The notes below the pieces were generated by a model that made no database searches, was not told the DNA's origin, and was given only the letters and a program-made list of their open reading frames with translations. Position numbers and translations under genes: made by a program. This document shows positions 38,651 through 50,449 of a stretch of DNA of 64,000 nucleotides, piece after piece (the first letter of the stretch is position 1; each line of letters begins with the position of its first letter). The stretch lies in NCBI RefSeq assembly GCF_963921235.1, contig NC_086108.1:90832001-90896000 (forward strand), written 5' to 3'. The DNA is from Mobula hypostoma. Lineage: Eukaryota.

Positions 38651-41099
38651 AAAATCATATTGCCAAGGTTTAGTTTTCCCCAGCTTTCTTCACCTGAACT
38701 TTGCTTGTTTCCTATCCTAACAGTTAACTTCTTTCTCTCCTCAATACATTCTGAGCCCTGTACAAGTACAACAGAGCTGTGAGGGAGATTTGATACTGCA
38801 GGAAACATATGACAACTTTTTGAAATACGTTCAGTAAATCCGGACTTTATTGGTCTCCTGACTTCACAGAAATTCTCTGCACGGTTGAGAGCAGCAGCAC
38901 AATTGATAATAAAGCTCAGATAACTTGCTCATCGTTCTATAAATGCTGGCAATGGACAGAATTAATAAGTTTTTAATATATGTGTTGGGATGAGTTTTGA
39001 ATATAGACATGGAAAATGTGCCCCTTGGTATTTGGAATTTAAGTGAATTTGTTGACTTACACCCTCTTTAATCTATAATCAGGAGAATAAATCAACACTG
39101 GATTATCATTGTTTTTAATTTATCCACGTCAGTCTTGTGCAATCCTTTTTAATTAAATATTGCCTCCCTTTGTTGTAGCTTGAAGGAGCAACTTATTAAT
39201 GCCAGCAAACAATTGGTGTAGGTGAACTTTTGTCACACAAACTTTAGGTTTAACAGCTGCATTTCAAAGGTGACAGAAGTTGGGCAGTTGATACAACTGC
39301 TGCTGATGTAGCTGAACAAGCAAAAACACATTCTGATATCACCATCAAATTGATCTGTGTTTAATATCCAGCATGGCTTCAAAGCCATATCGAGGTTAGG
39401 ATGTTGATCCATAATCAGCCCGTTGTTCAATTTCTGATCAATAGACTAGAATTTCCCTCCCAAAAGTCATGTTGATTTTCTCGATGTGGATGGAAGGTTA
39501 ACTGTGTCTTTTGATTGAAGTGATGCCTTTGTCAGAGCTCTCTGGTATCCTTAGTTTAATTTTTCCTTTAACTAGCAATTTACTTCAATGAAATGGGTTG
39601 CCAGGCCATTTCATTTAAGAGTCAAGCCATTTGGTGTGGGACTCAATTCTTATGTAGGCAAGACCAGAGGAGGAATTTACATTTCCGGCCCTGGAGAATA
39701 TTAACGAACCAATAAGGCACTAACAATCTAATGATTTCATTTGCACTTTACTGGCATCAGATGAATCATCAATTTAACATCTACTAATTAAAAACAGAAA
39801 AAAGAGCAAGATTAGATTCATTATATATGTGAAGATCTTGAGTTAATAGTGAAAAAAGCCTATACACACAGAAACCGCTGAGAAGAAATATTCCATTCAT
39901 ACTCATTGAATTATAAAATACATTGTCATAAATAACTATTAAAGCAGAGTTAATCACAAAGATGAACAAGGAATTTTATAAATGTTAGGGGAAAAATAAT
40001 TTTTAGAGATAGGTTCATGAGGATTCAAATAATGTCTATGTAGCATTGAGTATATGTGATCGAAACCAGACAATACACTGAATAAATAAATTAACAATGT
40101 AGATAAGAGGACTGTTTTGGAAAATCCCAGCTTTGCAACTTCACATTATTACAAGCATGAGGTGAATGACAGGCTCTTAATTTCTTCGTACCTTTAAAAC
40201 CTTTAATCTCATTTAATAGGGGAGTATTTAACATATGCAAGATTACAAGTACGTAAGCTTCATTAAGACATGATCACCAAAGTAAGAAGCTGGTTGTAAA
40301 TTCAAATTCCCAACTAAAAATCAAAATGTGCCTTTCAAGCTAATTTTTTTAGTAACAAGACAATGATGTACCTCTTTTTTCAACTTGGTTATGCAATCAA
40401 GGTAATGATTTTAATAGACTGGCTGGCTCTTTTCCAAAGTAAATTACAATAATTAAATTGAGGTAATAGAATATAATTTAAATTCATATGATAACCCTGC
40501 TTGGAAGTACTTGCATTGATCTTCTACAATCTCTACAATTTTCTCTGCAATATTTGACATTTCTTGAAAATGTACTTTTCTGTGTTCCATTTCTCAATTC
40601 TATTCATTGTATTATTTTTGGTTTTCTTGGTTTGAAGTATTAGAGGTCAGTGGTCCTTAGTAACATGGTATAATAGGTTCCCTTTATACTTTTAACATTC
40701 AATGTCATGAAAGAGATTTTAAAATCTGAGTATGGATAGCCAGCTTGTGGGTTCAGATTTTAGCCTGGTATTTCTGGAAGCAATTTTTTTGTTCAAGAAA
40801 TCAAGAATAAAGTGCTCTTCAAAAAAGCCTGCAGCATTAAATGGCAGGCCATCTTTAATTCTCTTGACCACCAGGCACTTCCCACATCCCCAAATGCCAT
40901 TTCCCTGTTAGAAGCAGAAGTCTTTCAGATGGAAGCTTGCTTCACAACAATAAACGATCACGGAGTTAGCTGATTACAGTGAGGATGATTGCAATCTTCA
41001 TAACTCCAAGTAGTTGAGTGTATTTCCTACCGTTTGTCAGAACCATGCACTTAGATCCATTGAAAGTCAATGGAAGTGATTGCACAAGAGGTTAATGGT

Positions 41100-41280
41100 T
41101 GGGCGGCCTGGTAGCATAGTGGTTAGTGTAACGCTCTTATAGCAGTCAGCATCACAGGTTTAATTCTCACCACTGTCTGTTAGAAGTTTGTGATCACCTG
41201 TGTTTCCTCTGGGTGCTTCAGTTTCCTCCCACATTCCAAAGACATACAGGTAGGTGGGTTAATTAGTCTCATGGCTGTAA
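41100..41280 (+). mobile_element. V-SINE (HE1-like) fragment
   Basis: tggtagcatagtggttag head; gggtgcttcagtttcctcccacattccaaagac. Confidence 0.75.
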
Positions 41281-42223
41281 CATTCCCATTTCATTGCAAT
41301 AATGGGTCTGCATTGTTCTTAATATGGAGATTTAGTCGGTTTATTGCCATCCTGGCCACTTCAACCTGTGTTAATATGGACAATCTTTTTGCCACTTTTA
41401 GGAGCATTGACTGAATAGATTAACAAAGACACTCAGTGATCAAGTACTCTCTGAAGCCTCTGAATTCCGGACATCATTGTAGCAATCCCATTTTCCTATT
41501 AATACTTAGTTTCACATTATCCTTCCTAGTTAGAAGGTGATTTTGCTTTGGAGTTACTGTGCCTTCCTCTGCAGTATTAACCTTGTTGGGAATTTCAGTT
41601 TCACTCTCCTGATTCCATCCTAATACAGTATATTTTCTCTGAATTATAGAGAGGAACTCCAGGCAGAGGAGATAAACAATTCTTTATTCCACCAATAGCC
41701 ACTGTACATAACAGTATTGTGAGAACCAGCACAAAAGAATAACGTTCAGAAATACAATTTTTAATTATGTACTGACTTAACCATTGTATCCATCCCTGAC
41801 AATGTAATCAGAATCAGGTTTAGTATTATGTGCTTACGTCACAAAATTAGTTGTTTTCTGGTCACAGTACGGTGAAATACATAAAAAAGATTGAAGTACA
41901 TTCATTATCAAAGAATGTATAAATTATACAACCTTGAGATTTGCTCGCTCACAGGTAGCCACAAAGCAAGAATACCAAAAGAACCCAATTAAAGAAAAAA
42001 AGAAGAAAAATAAAAGTAAAAGACCAACACTCAAAGTGCAAGAGAGAAAAAAAACACAAATCATGCAAACAATTGAAGCAAACAACATTCCGAACCAAAA
42101 TTGAATCCTCAAATCTGAACCGCGGAGTAGGCCCAAAGCCTCACTTATTGGTTCATCGTATTAGTGGGTAAAAATTACTATGTCACAATATAAAAATGAA
42201 TACATAAATAGATAGATAGATAT

Positions 42224-42320
42224 CCTGAAGAAGGGTCTCAACTGAAACGTTGACCGTTATTCCTGTCCATAGATGTTGCCTGAGCTGCTGAGTTCCTCCA
42301 GCATTCTGTATGTATTTACT
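42224..42320 (+). mobile_element. PLE terminal-repeat fragment
   Basis: cCTGAAGAagggtctcaactGAAAcgttgac. Confidence 0.75.
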
Positions 42321-42344
42321 CTAGATAGATAGATGTCTATTAGA

Positions 42345-43180
42345 CCAAGAAACTGACTACTGACTTCAGAAGTAAACCAGAGGTCCATGAGGAAATATGC
42401 TGTATTAGGATGGAATCGGGAGAGTGAAACTGAAATCAGAGGATTACCAACTTTAAATTCCTCAGTGTTACTAATTTCAGAGGACCTGTGCTAGCCCTAG
42501 CACATAAGTGCAATTACAAAGAAAGCACGGCAGTGTCTCTACTTCCTCAGGAGTTTGCGGAGATTCAGCATAATGTCTAAAACTTTGACAAACTTTTACA
42601 GAAGTGTGATGGAGAGTATATTGATTGGCTGCATCACAGCCTGGTAGAAACATCAATGCCCTACAAAAAATAATGGATACGGCCCAGTCCATCATGAGTA
42701 AAGCCCTCCCAACCATTGAACACGACTATATGTAATACTGTCACAGGAAAATAGCATCCATTATCAGGGACCCCCACCAACTAGGACATGCTTTCTTTTC
42801 TCTGCTGTCATCAGGAAGATGGTACAAGAGCCTTAGGACTCACGGCATCAGTTTCAGGAATGGTTACTAACCCTCAGCCACCAGGCTCTTGAACCAAAGT
42901 GGATAACTTCACTCAATTTCACTTACCCAATCATTGAAATGTTCCCAGAGCCAATGGACACATGTTCAAGGACTCTTTATTGCATGTTTGCGATATTTAT
43001 TATTATTACTATTATTACTATTATTTCTTCTTTTTGTATTTGCACAGTTGGGCAATCTTCATTGATTTTGTTATGGTTATTATTTTATAGATTTAATGAG
43101 TGTGCCCACAAGAAAATGAATCTTAGGGTTGCATGTGGTGATGTACGGGTACCTTGATAATAAAAATTACTTTGAACTTT
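42345..43180 (+). mobile_element. Rex1/Babar 3' fragment
   Basis: KKARQCLYFLRSLRRF-type coding remnant and AT-rich 3'UTR ending tactttgaacttt. Confidence 0.82.
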
Positions 43181-43221
43181 AGATGCTTAGATAGCGGGCG
43201 GCAGGATAGCGTAGAGGCTAA

Positions 43222-43940
43222 AGGCTGATTAATACTTCTGCGTTGTAGCCTACGCATGTGGCCTATGCCGTTGTGAGCATTTATACTTGTGCGTTAGTGT
43301 GTCTGCGTCGCTGTGCAATTCACCGCCAAAATGCTAGTTGGCAGTGGGATTTCTATGCCACTGTGTTGAGTTTCTTTGTGTTAAAACTCAACACGAAGAA
43401 ATTCAAACTTCTAACAGTGACGACTGAAACTGAAGGAGGGTGAATTTTCTCTGCTTGTCCAGCCACTGAGAGACATAGACGAGGAAATGCATCTCAAATA
43501 TTTTCGGATGTTGGCAAGTAGATTTGGTGATTTGGTTCCTCGTCTCCAACCATTTATTTTGCATCAGTGTACGCACGGTATACTCAGGGACTGGCAAGCA
43601 CTGTTCGAGATTTAGCTTCAGGTGGAAGTCAACAGGCTGTAGCAGCCAGCTACAAACTGACGTCAAGCACAGGGTCCTCCATAATTTCGGAGCTCTGTAA
43701 AGCTTTATGGAAAGCATTACAGCCAAAGTTCCTTCCCTGCCCTTCAGTTTCCCAATGGGAAGCTATTGCAGCGTAGGAGGAAATGTGATGCTACCAAGTG
43801 GACCAATCACAGTTGTTGTGGTCTGCGTCGCCGCCATGCGTAGTTAGATTTTTGGGGAGGTGCACATCAGGCTACAGCGTAGGGTACACGGCTACGCCAT
43901 ACCTACGGCATAGATTTGATGCAGGAGTATAAATTGGCCT
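43222..43940 (+). mobile_element. PIF/Harbinger internal-deletion derivative
   Basis: TIR aggctgattaatacttctgc / gcaggagtataaattggcct; TAA TSD at 43219-21 and 43941-43; transposase remnant KYFRM...[34 protein letters not shown]. Confidence 0.9.
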
Positions 43941-44186
43941 TAAGGCAGCACTTTACAGCGCCAGCGGTTGGGGTCCAATTCCCGCCACTCTCCCTGTAAC
44001 TACACGGGCTTCCTCTGGATACTCCATTTCCCTCCCACATTCCGAAGATGTACAGGTTAGTAAAGGTTGGTAAGTTGAGGGCAAGCTGTGTTTGCGCTGG
44101 AAGCATGCCACACTTACCGACTGCCCCCAGCACATCCTCGGTAGACAGAAATGATGCATTTCACTGGATCTTACAACGTACAAGTG

Positions 44187-44793
44187 TGTTGTGGTGTATT
44201 AAATTTTGTAAAAATATTAGATGAAAGTCTGAACAATACCAAGTGTCACCTTGACTCTGTGAGCCCACAGCATGTAAGGTGCCTGTACAAGTTAAACACT
44301 GTAGGGTTGTTAAATGTTTGCTAATAGCCGCTGGATTCTTTCTTGGCCTTAAGGCATCAGTGGCATGAGAACAAAGGACCATAGAGTTTACCCATCTCTG
44401 CATACCTCTCAAAACTTGTGGAACTTCTACAGAAACTATGTTGAGCTCGTGGCATGAGACCAAAAGACCAAAGAGTGTGTCTGTCTCTCTGTGTGTCGCT
44501 ATGCTTACGGATTTAACCCCTATTTACTGAGGCACCTTTCGCTCAGTTCTTGGGATTTCACCTAGACCAAGGAATCGTGACCGATCAGTGCCTAGGACAG
44601 ACCCAGGGTGATTTTATGAGTTGAAATTTGGAGTTCCCTTAACGCCAGCAACAATCAAGTGGAGAATAAGAATCATGAGCACTGACACCTATGTGGAATT
44701 GTTGTAACTTGCCTGTGCTTTCTGTTTTTTGATAATAAATTAGGCTTTAGTTACTTTGTTGTGCTTGTATGCTACCACATTTCCTGGTCAACA
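44187..44793 (+). mobile_element. LTR-like segment
   Basis: TG...CA inverted ends (tgtggt/accaca or tgttg/caaca), internal direct repeat gtggcatgaga..aa.gacca.agagt, AATAAA near 44734; no TSD of its own. Confidence 0.45.
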
Positions 44794-44797
44794 CAGC

Positions 44798-45920
44798 CCA
44801 TAAGACAAAGGAGCAGAATTAGGGCATTCAGCCCATCAAGTCTGCTCCACCATTCCAACATGGCTGTTTCCAGATCCCATTCAACCCTGTATGCCTGCAT
44901 TCTTGCCATAACTTTTGATGCCCTGACCAAACAGGAAACTATCAATTTTTGCTTTAAATATACCCACAGTCTTAGCCTCCACAACGGCCTGTGGCAGAGC
45001 ATTCCACAGTTTTACTACTCTCTGGCTAAAAGAAATTCCTCCTTACCTCTGTTCTAAAGGATCAACCTTCACTTTTGTGGCTGTGCCCTCTTGTTCTGGA
45101 TACCTCCAGGTCTAGATACCTCCACCATAGGAAAGAAGCATCCCCTTCACATCCACCTGATTTCTTTTCAACATTCTTTCAACATTTGGTAGGTTTCAAA
45201 ATTCTAAATTCCAGTGAGTGCAGGCCCAAAGTTGCCAACTGTTTCTCATAAGTTAACTCCTTCATTCCCAGAATCATCCTCATGAACCTCCTCTGGACTG
45301 ACTCCAATGGCAACATGTCCTTTCTGAGATATGGGGCCCAAAACTTTTGACAATACTCGAAGTGCAGCCTGACTAGTGTCTTATAAAACCTTAGCATTAT
45401 CTCCTTGCTTTAATATTCTATTCCCCTTGAAATAAATGCCAACATTACATTTGCCTTCTTTACCACAGACTCAACCTGTAAATTAACCTTCTAGAACTGA
45501 TGCATAAGGACTCATAAGTCCCTCTGCACCTCTGATATTTGAACCTTCTCCCGATTTAGATAATAGTCTGCACTTTTGTTCCTTTTACCAAAATGCATTG
45601 TCATACATTTCACCACACTATGTTCCACCTGCCACGTTTTTTGCCCATTCTTCCAATTTGTCTCAGCAATTGCATTGCTTCCTCAGCAGTACCTACTCCT
45701 CCACCTAACTTTGTATCATCTGCAAACTTTGCCACCAAGCCATCAATTCCATTATCTAAATCACTGACAAACAATGTGAAAAATAGTAGTCCCAAAACTG
45801 ACCCCTGAGGAACATCACTAGTCACTGGCAGCTAACCAGAAAAGGCCTCCTTTATTCCCACTCACTGTCTCCTGCACATCAGCCATTTCTCTATCCATGC
45901 CAGTATCTTTCCTTTATTGC
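44798..45920 (-). mobile_element. 5'-truncated CR1
   Basis: ORF 45610-45825 VPQGSVLG...KFADDTKLGG; tail cataagac. Confidence 0.9.
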
Positions 45921-46807
45921 CAATTACAAGTGACAAATAAAGCTAACCTTTAAACGTTTAAATGAAAAACAGTGCAATAGAGAAAAAGCAAAGTAGTGTA
46001 TATAGATTCATAGACCATTCAGAAATCTGATTGCAAAGGGGGAAAGCTGTTCTTAAAACATTAAGTGTGGGTCCTCAGAGAAGAAGGCATGTGCGGATGG
46101 TGTAGAGCCTTAACAATGGATACTACCTTCCTGAGGCACAGCCTTTCGAAGTTATCCCCGGTGGTGGGGACGGTTGTGACCATGATGGAGCTGGCTGTGT
46201 CTACAGCCCTCCACATAACCATAAATTATGTCGATTTAATCTAATTTATTAACGCATGGAACAATTTTGAAGTCCTGTTTATGGCTCTCCTGCACACCTA
46301 ATATATGAATACATCAGAATAGCTAGACTGGGCAATAGTGTGAACTGACAGTTTCAAACATCAGGTATTTTGATGGGCAATCAATACAGGCTGTTCAGCA
46401 TAAGGCTCAGTTTAGTTAGGTTGACTGAGAAGGATCTATGCACAGAGAAGGAGGGACGTTCTTTAAAAGGTTCTGTTTGTACAGGACTATTCATCAAGGC
46501 AGAAGGCTTTTGCAAATGAGACACTCCTCAAGCGACATTACATCCCTTGTTATTCCCGACTGCCATTAGTGAAGAAGTAATTGTCGGAATATCTCCCCGG
46601 GAAACCAATGAGTTAATTTCCTGTGAAGCAGCACATGCCATAGACATGCCACATTTCTTGATGACAAACACACAGTGCTTGGACGTCAATAGAGAGATGA
46701 CTGCCCTGTGAGAATACCCTGACTTACTCTCCAATGTTTTGGTATTGATTGGAACTGGACTGCAGTGATTGGTATCCATGGAAATTCATTCAGTGCATCT
46801 ATATTTT

Positions 46808-47075
46808 AAGGTGCTTGGAAGTAGGTACAGAGATGATGTCAGGGGTAAGTTTTTTTACGCAGAGAGTGGTGAATGCATGGAATGGGCTGTCTGCGACAGT
46901 GGTGGAGGCAGATGCAGTAGGGTCTTTTAAGAGACTCCTGGATAGGTACATGGAGCTTAGAAAAATAGAAGGTTATGGGTAACTCTAGGTAATTTCTAAG
47001 GTAAGGACATGTTCAGAACAACATTGTGGGCCGAAGTGCCTGTATTGTGCTGTAGGTTTTCTATGTTTCTATGAC
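46808..47075 (+). mobile_element. Short CR1 3' end with TSD
   Basis: FFTQRVVNAWNGL; TSD tctatatttt at 46798-807 and 47076-85. Confidence 0.85.
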
Positions 47076-47511
47076 TCTATATTTTGAAATTACAATTAGT
47101 TTCCAAAGGATCCTGATAGGAGCCTGAGTTGACCAAATCCAGGATGATGGTGAACTTCACTGCCCATGGCCAAGGGTGGCTCCATGGTCTATCCAGACTG
47201 CTTCACTGATTTATTATTTGTACATACTGAAGAGGCGCCTTCTTCTCTTAAAAGCCTAAGAAGATGATTCTTGCCTAAGTTAGAAGGAAGGAAGAACTCA
47301 CAGTTTATACAGTGGCGTAGCACGATCCCAGCAAATCCTGAAATTCTTTTGAAGTGTAGGTAAAAGTTCAAAAGTTCCAAGTAAATTTATTATCAAAGTA
47401 CACATTGATACATATTGGTAGAATTGTAATTAGGATCTCAGCAGCCAATTTTATGCAGTAATGTCATACGATTATCAGTGATAGAAAGATGATCTGTTTT
47501 GTGTTACAAAG

Positions 47512-47698
47512 GCAAGAAAATATGCAGATACTGGAAATCCAAAGCAACAGACACAAAATGCTGGAGGAACTCAGCATGTCAGGCAGCATCTATGGAAAAG
47601 AGTAAATAGTCGACGTTTCAATCTGAGAACCTTCATGGGGTTCTGAAGAAGGTTCCCGGCCTGAAACGTTGACTGCTCCAGCATCTTGTGTGTGTTGA
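47512..47698. mobile_element. Degenerate palindromic PLE-derived element
   Basis: Minus-strand repeat followed by plus-strand tCTGAAGAaggttcccggcctGAAAcgttgactg. Confidence 0.78.
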
Positions 47699-48289
47699 TC
47701 TGTTCAGTGTTGTTAGTTTATAGATAAAAATTGAGGAAATCTCCCCTCAAAGATATTATCTATCATCTGTGAAGCCTCTGATAGGCTCGTCATTTTGACA
47801 ATGCCAACCTCGCCTTTGTAATTCACTGAGCTGTCAACATGTATGCTAAGGACTGAATACTGATTCAGAGATGGGATCTACCACTAAATCAAGGCTGGTA
47901 CCTGAGGAACAGCACCCAGTAACCACTGTGCTTTATCAAGACAGTCTACTGGATGTTCTAATTGTAAGGGGTGGGGTAAAAACCGAAAATGCATTCCATG
48001 CTGAATTGCAATTCGAAGTCAGAGTGGGTGAGGCTCACAGATGGAAGTAAACCATCTCCAGGTTTTGAAATACCTTACCAATGCAGTGATTGTACAATGA
48101 GTGCAATTGACCACCATGTGGAGAGTTGATCTAATGTTAGTGGGGGAGAAACTGCAGAAATGAAAGAAAAAATTTAAAAAATTAGCTTAATTTGTGGCAT
48201 GTACATCAAAATACACATTGAAATATGTCATAGAGTCATAGAAAAGCACAACACAGAAACAGGCCATTTAACCCATCTAGTCCATGCTG

Positions 48290-49507
48290 TTTACCAACAG
48301 ACACATTTCTATGACAACAAGGCTTAGGCTACTAAAATGTTACATCTGGTCAATCTTGCTGTATGTTTCCGAAACATGGACTATAACACCAGACCAAAGA
48401 AACTTACAATCAATAGAAATGTGGTTTCTTAGAAGAATGCTGAAAATATCATATAGAGATAGGTTAACTAATGAGACAGTACTCCAACATGTCCATACAA
48501 AAAGATCTTTAATGAGAACATTAAATGTTCTCAGGAAACCCTGTTTCCATCCAGGGGTCAGTGTGGACATGGTGGAGGATTACAAATACCTGGGGATACG
48601 AATTGACAATAAACTGGACTGGTCAAAGAACACTGAGGCTGTCTACAAGAAGGGACAGAGCCGTCTCTATTTCTTGAGGAGACTGAGGTCCTTTAACATC
48701 TGCCGGACGATGCTGAGGATGTTTTACGAGTCTGTGGTGGCCAGTGCTATCATGTTTGCTGTTGTGTGCTGGGGCAGCAGGCTGAGGGTAGCAGACACCA
48801 ACAAAATCAACAAACTCATTCGTAAGGCCAGTGATGTTGTGGGGATGGAACTGGACCCTCTCATGGTGGTGTCTGAAAAGAGGATGCTGTCTAAGTTGCA
48901 TGCCATCTTGGACAATGTCTCCCATCCACTACATAATGTACTGGGTGGGCACAGGAGAACATTCAGCCAGAGACTCATTCCACCGAGATGCAACACAGAG
49001 CGTCATAGGAAGTCATTCCTGCCTGTGGCCAACAAACTTTACAACTCCTCCCTTGGAGGGTCAGACACCCTGAGCCAATAGGCTGTTCCTGGACTTATCT
49101 TATAATTTACTGGCATAATTTACATATTACTATTTAACTATTTATGGTTCTATTACGATTTATTATTTATGGTGCAACTGTAAGGAAAACCAGTTTCCCC
49201 CGGGATCAATAAAGTATGACTATGACTATGACTATGACTATGACTAAATGAGAGGAAATTTAAATTCCTGGGCCATGTCATCAGAAAGGGAGAAATAGAA
49301 TGCCTTACATTACAAGGCTGTATGCCTGGGAAATGCGGAAAAGGAAGGCAAAGAAGAAAATATGTGGACACTGTGAAAGAACTAACAGATCTAAGTGTGC
49401 GAGATATCATTGACGCTGCATGGGATCGTTCGATGTGGAAAGCCATGATCACCCAAACCTGTAACGCGCAAGGCACATGAAGAAGAAAAAGAAGAAGAAG
49501 AAGAAGA
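48290..49507 (+). mobile_element. 5'-truncated RTE LINE with (AAG)n tail
   Basis: RLLKCYIWSILLYVSETWT..EMWFLRRMLKISY, resuming RKFKFLGHVIRK; TSD agtccatgctg at 48279-89 and 49508-18. Confidence 0.92.
48528..49244 (+). mobile_element. Young Rex1/Babar 3' fragment nested in RTE
   Basis: YKYLGIRIDNKLDW..KKGQSRLYFLRRL; (TATGAC)5 tail; TSD taaatg at 48522-27 and 49245-50. Confidence 0.93.
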
Positions 49508-50449
49508 AGTCCATGCTGAACCATTTAAGCTGCCTACTCCCATTGACCTCCATTGAGACCAGAGCTCTCCATACCCCTACCATCCATGTACCTATCCAAA
49601 CTTCTCTGAAACATTGAAATCAAGCTCGCATGCACCATTTGTGCTGGCAGTGCATTTCACTCTCTCACAATCCTCTGAGTGAAGAGGTTTCTCCTCATGT
49701 TTCCCTTAAACTTTTCAGCTTTCACACTTAACCCATGACCTCTAGTTGTAGTCCCACCCAACATGCATTCATGCTTCGTTTGCATCATGAATGTGCCGAG
49801 GGAAACCCATGAGTGTCGCCACATTTCTGGCGCCAACATATCATGCTGACAGCTTACTAACTTTAACCTGTACTTCTTTGGAAGCCAGAGCACCTGGAGG
49901 AAGCCCATGAGGTCACAGGAAGAACGTACAGACTCCTTTCACCCAGTGCCGGGTATAGAACCCCAACTGGGGATCACTGGTACTTTAAAGCTTTGCACTA
50001 ACTGTTACCCTACCATGTCATTCTCATTTATTGTGGAACTGTGAACTTCTCAAAGGGAGAGAATAAGATACTTCTAGTCAGTTGCAAAATCATCCCAGTA
50101 AGGAAGATGCATATTTTTGATATAAAGGAACAGACAGTTATCCTTAACCTCCTGGTATTACGAGGATCATCTTTAGATTTGTTTGAGGAGAGTTACTTGA
50201 TCTCTCCTTGTTATGGTCATATTAACTCCAATGAACATCAGGTACGTTTGACTCTCTTTAACTGCTCTAAATGGATGTTGAAGGTGAAGCAGTTAAGCAG
50301 GAACAATGTATCTTGAAAGGTAATACAGTTACCAGGAATAAGGTATAGGTGTTTGGTGAAGGTTGGAAGAGAAAGTATACTTTAAATATATTGAACAAGA
50401 CAAAAAAAAATTTATTAAAGGCAATTGGCATCATCAACCAGTCAATTCC

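Larger units (their letters stand above)
43194..45950 (+). mobile_element. V-SINE split by two insertions (pieces 43194-43221, 43944-44186, 45925-45950)
   Basis: Head, B box gggtccaattcc, V-domain near 44010-44050; tail gtgacaaataaagctaa resumes at 45930. Confidence 0.75.
48175..50018 (-). mobile_element. V-SINE (tail 48175-48229, body 49763-50018) hosting a CR1 3' end (48230-49762)
   Basis: SINE tail attagc..atttgtggcatgtacatc; body agagcacctggaggaagccc; CR1 peptide TRGHGLSVK..RRNLFTQR. Confidence 0.72.

Noticed and set aside
48284..49081. Longest ORF as a host gene
   Set aside because: TSDs show it is an RTE-Rex1 junction product
49215..49510. (TATGAC)n and (AAG)n arrays as CRISPR-like or functional repeats
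   Set aside because: No spacers; these are LINE 3' tails
50041..50316. 91-aa ORF with a donor-like CAG|GTACGT
   Set aside because: No recognisable peptide or clear acceptor; not supportable
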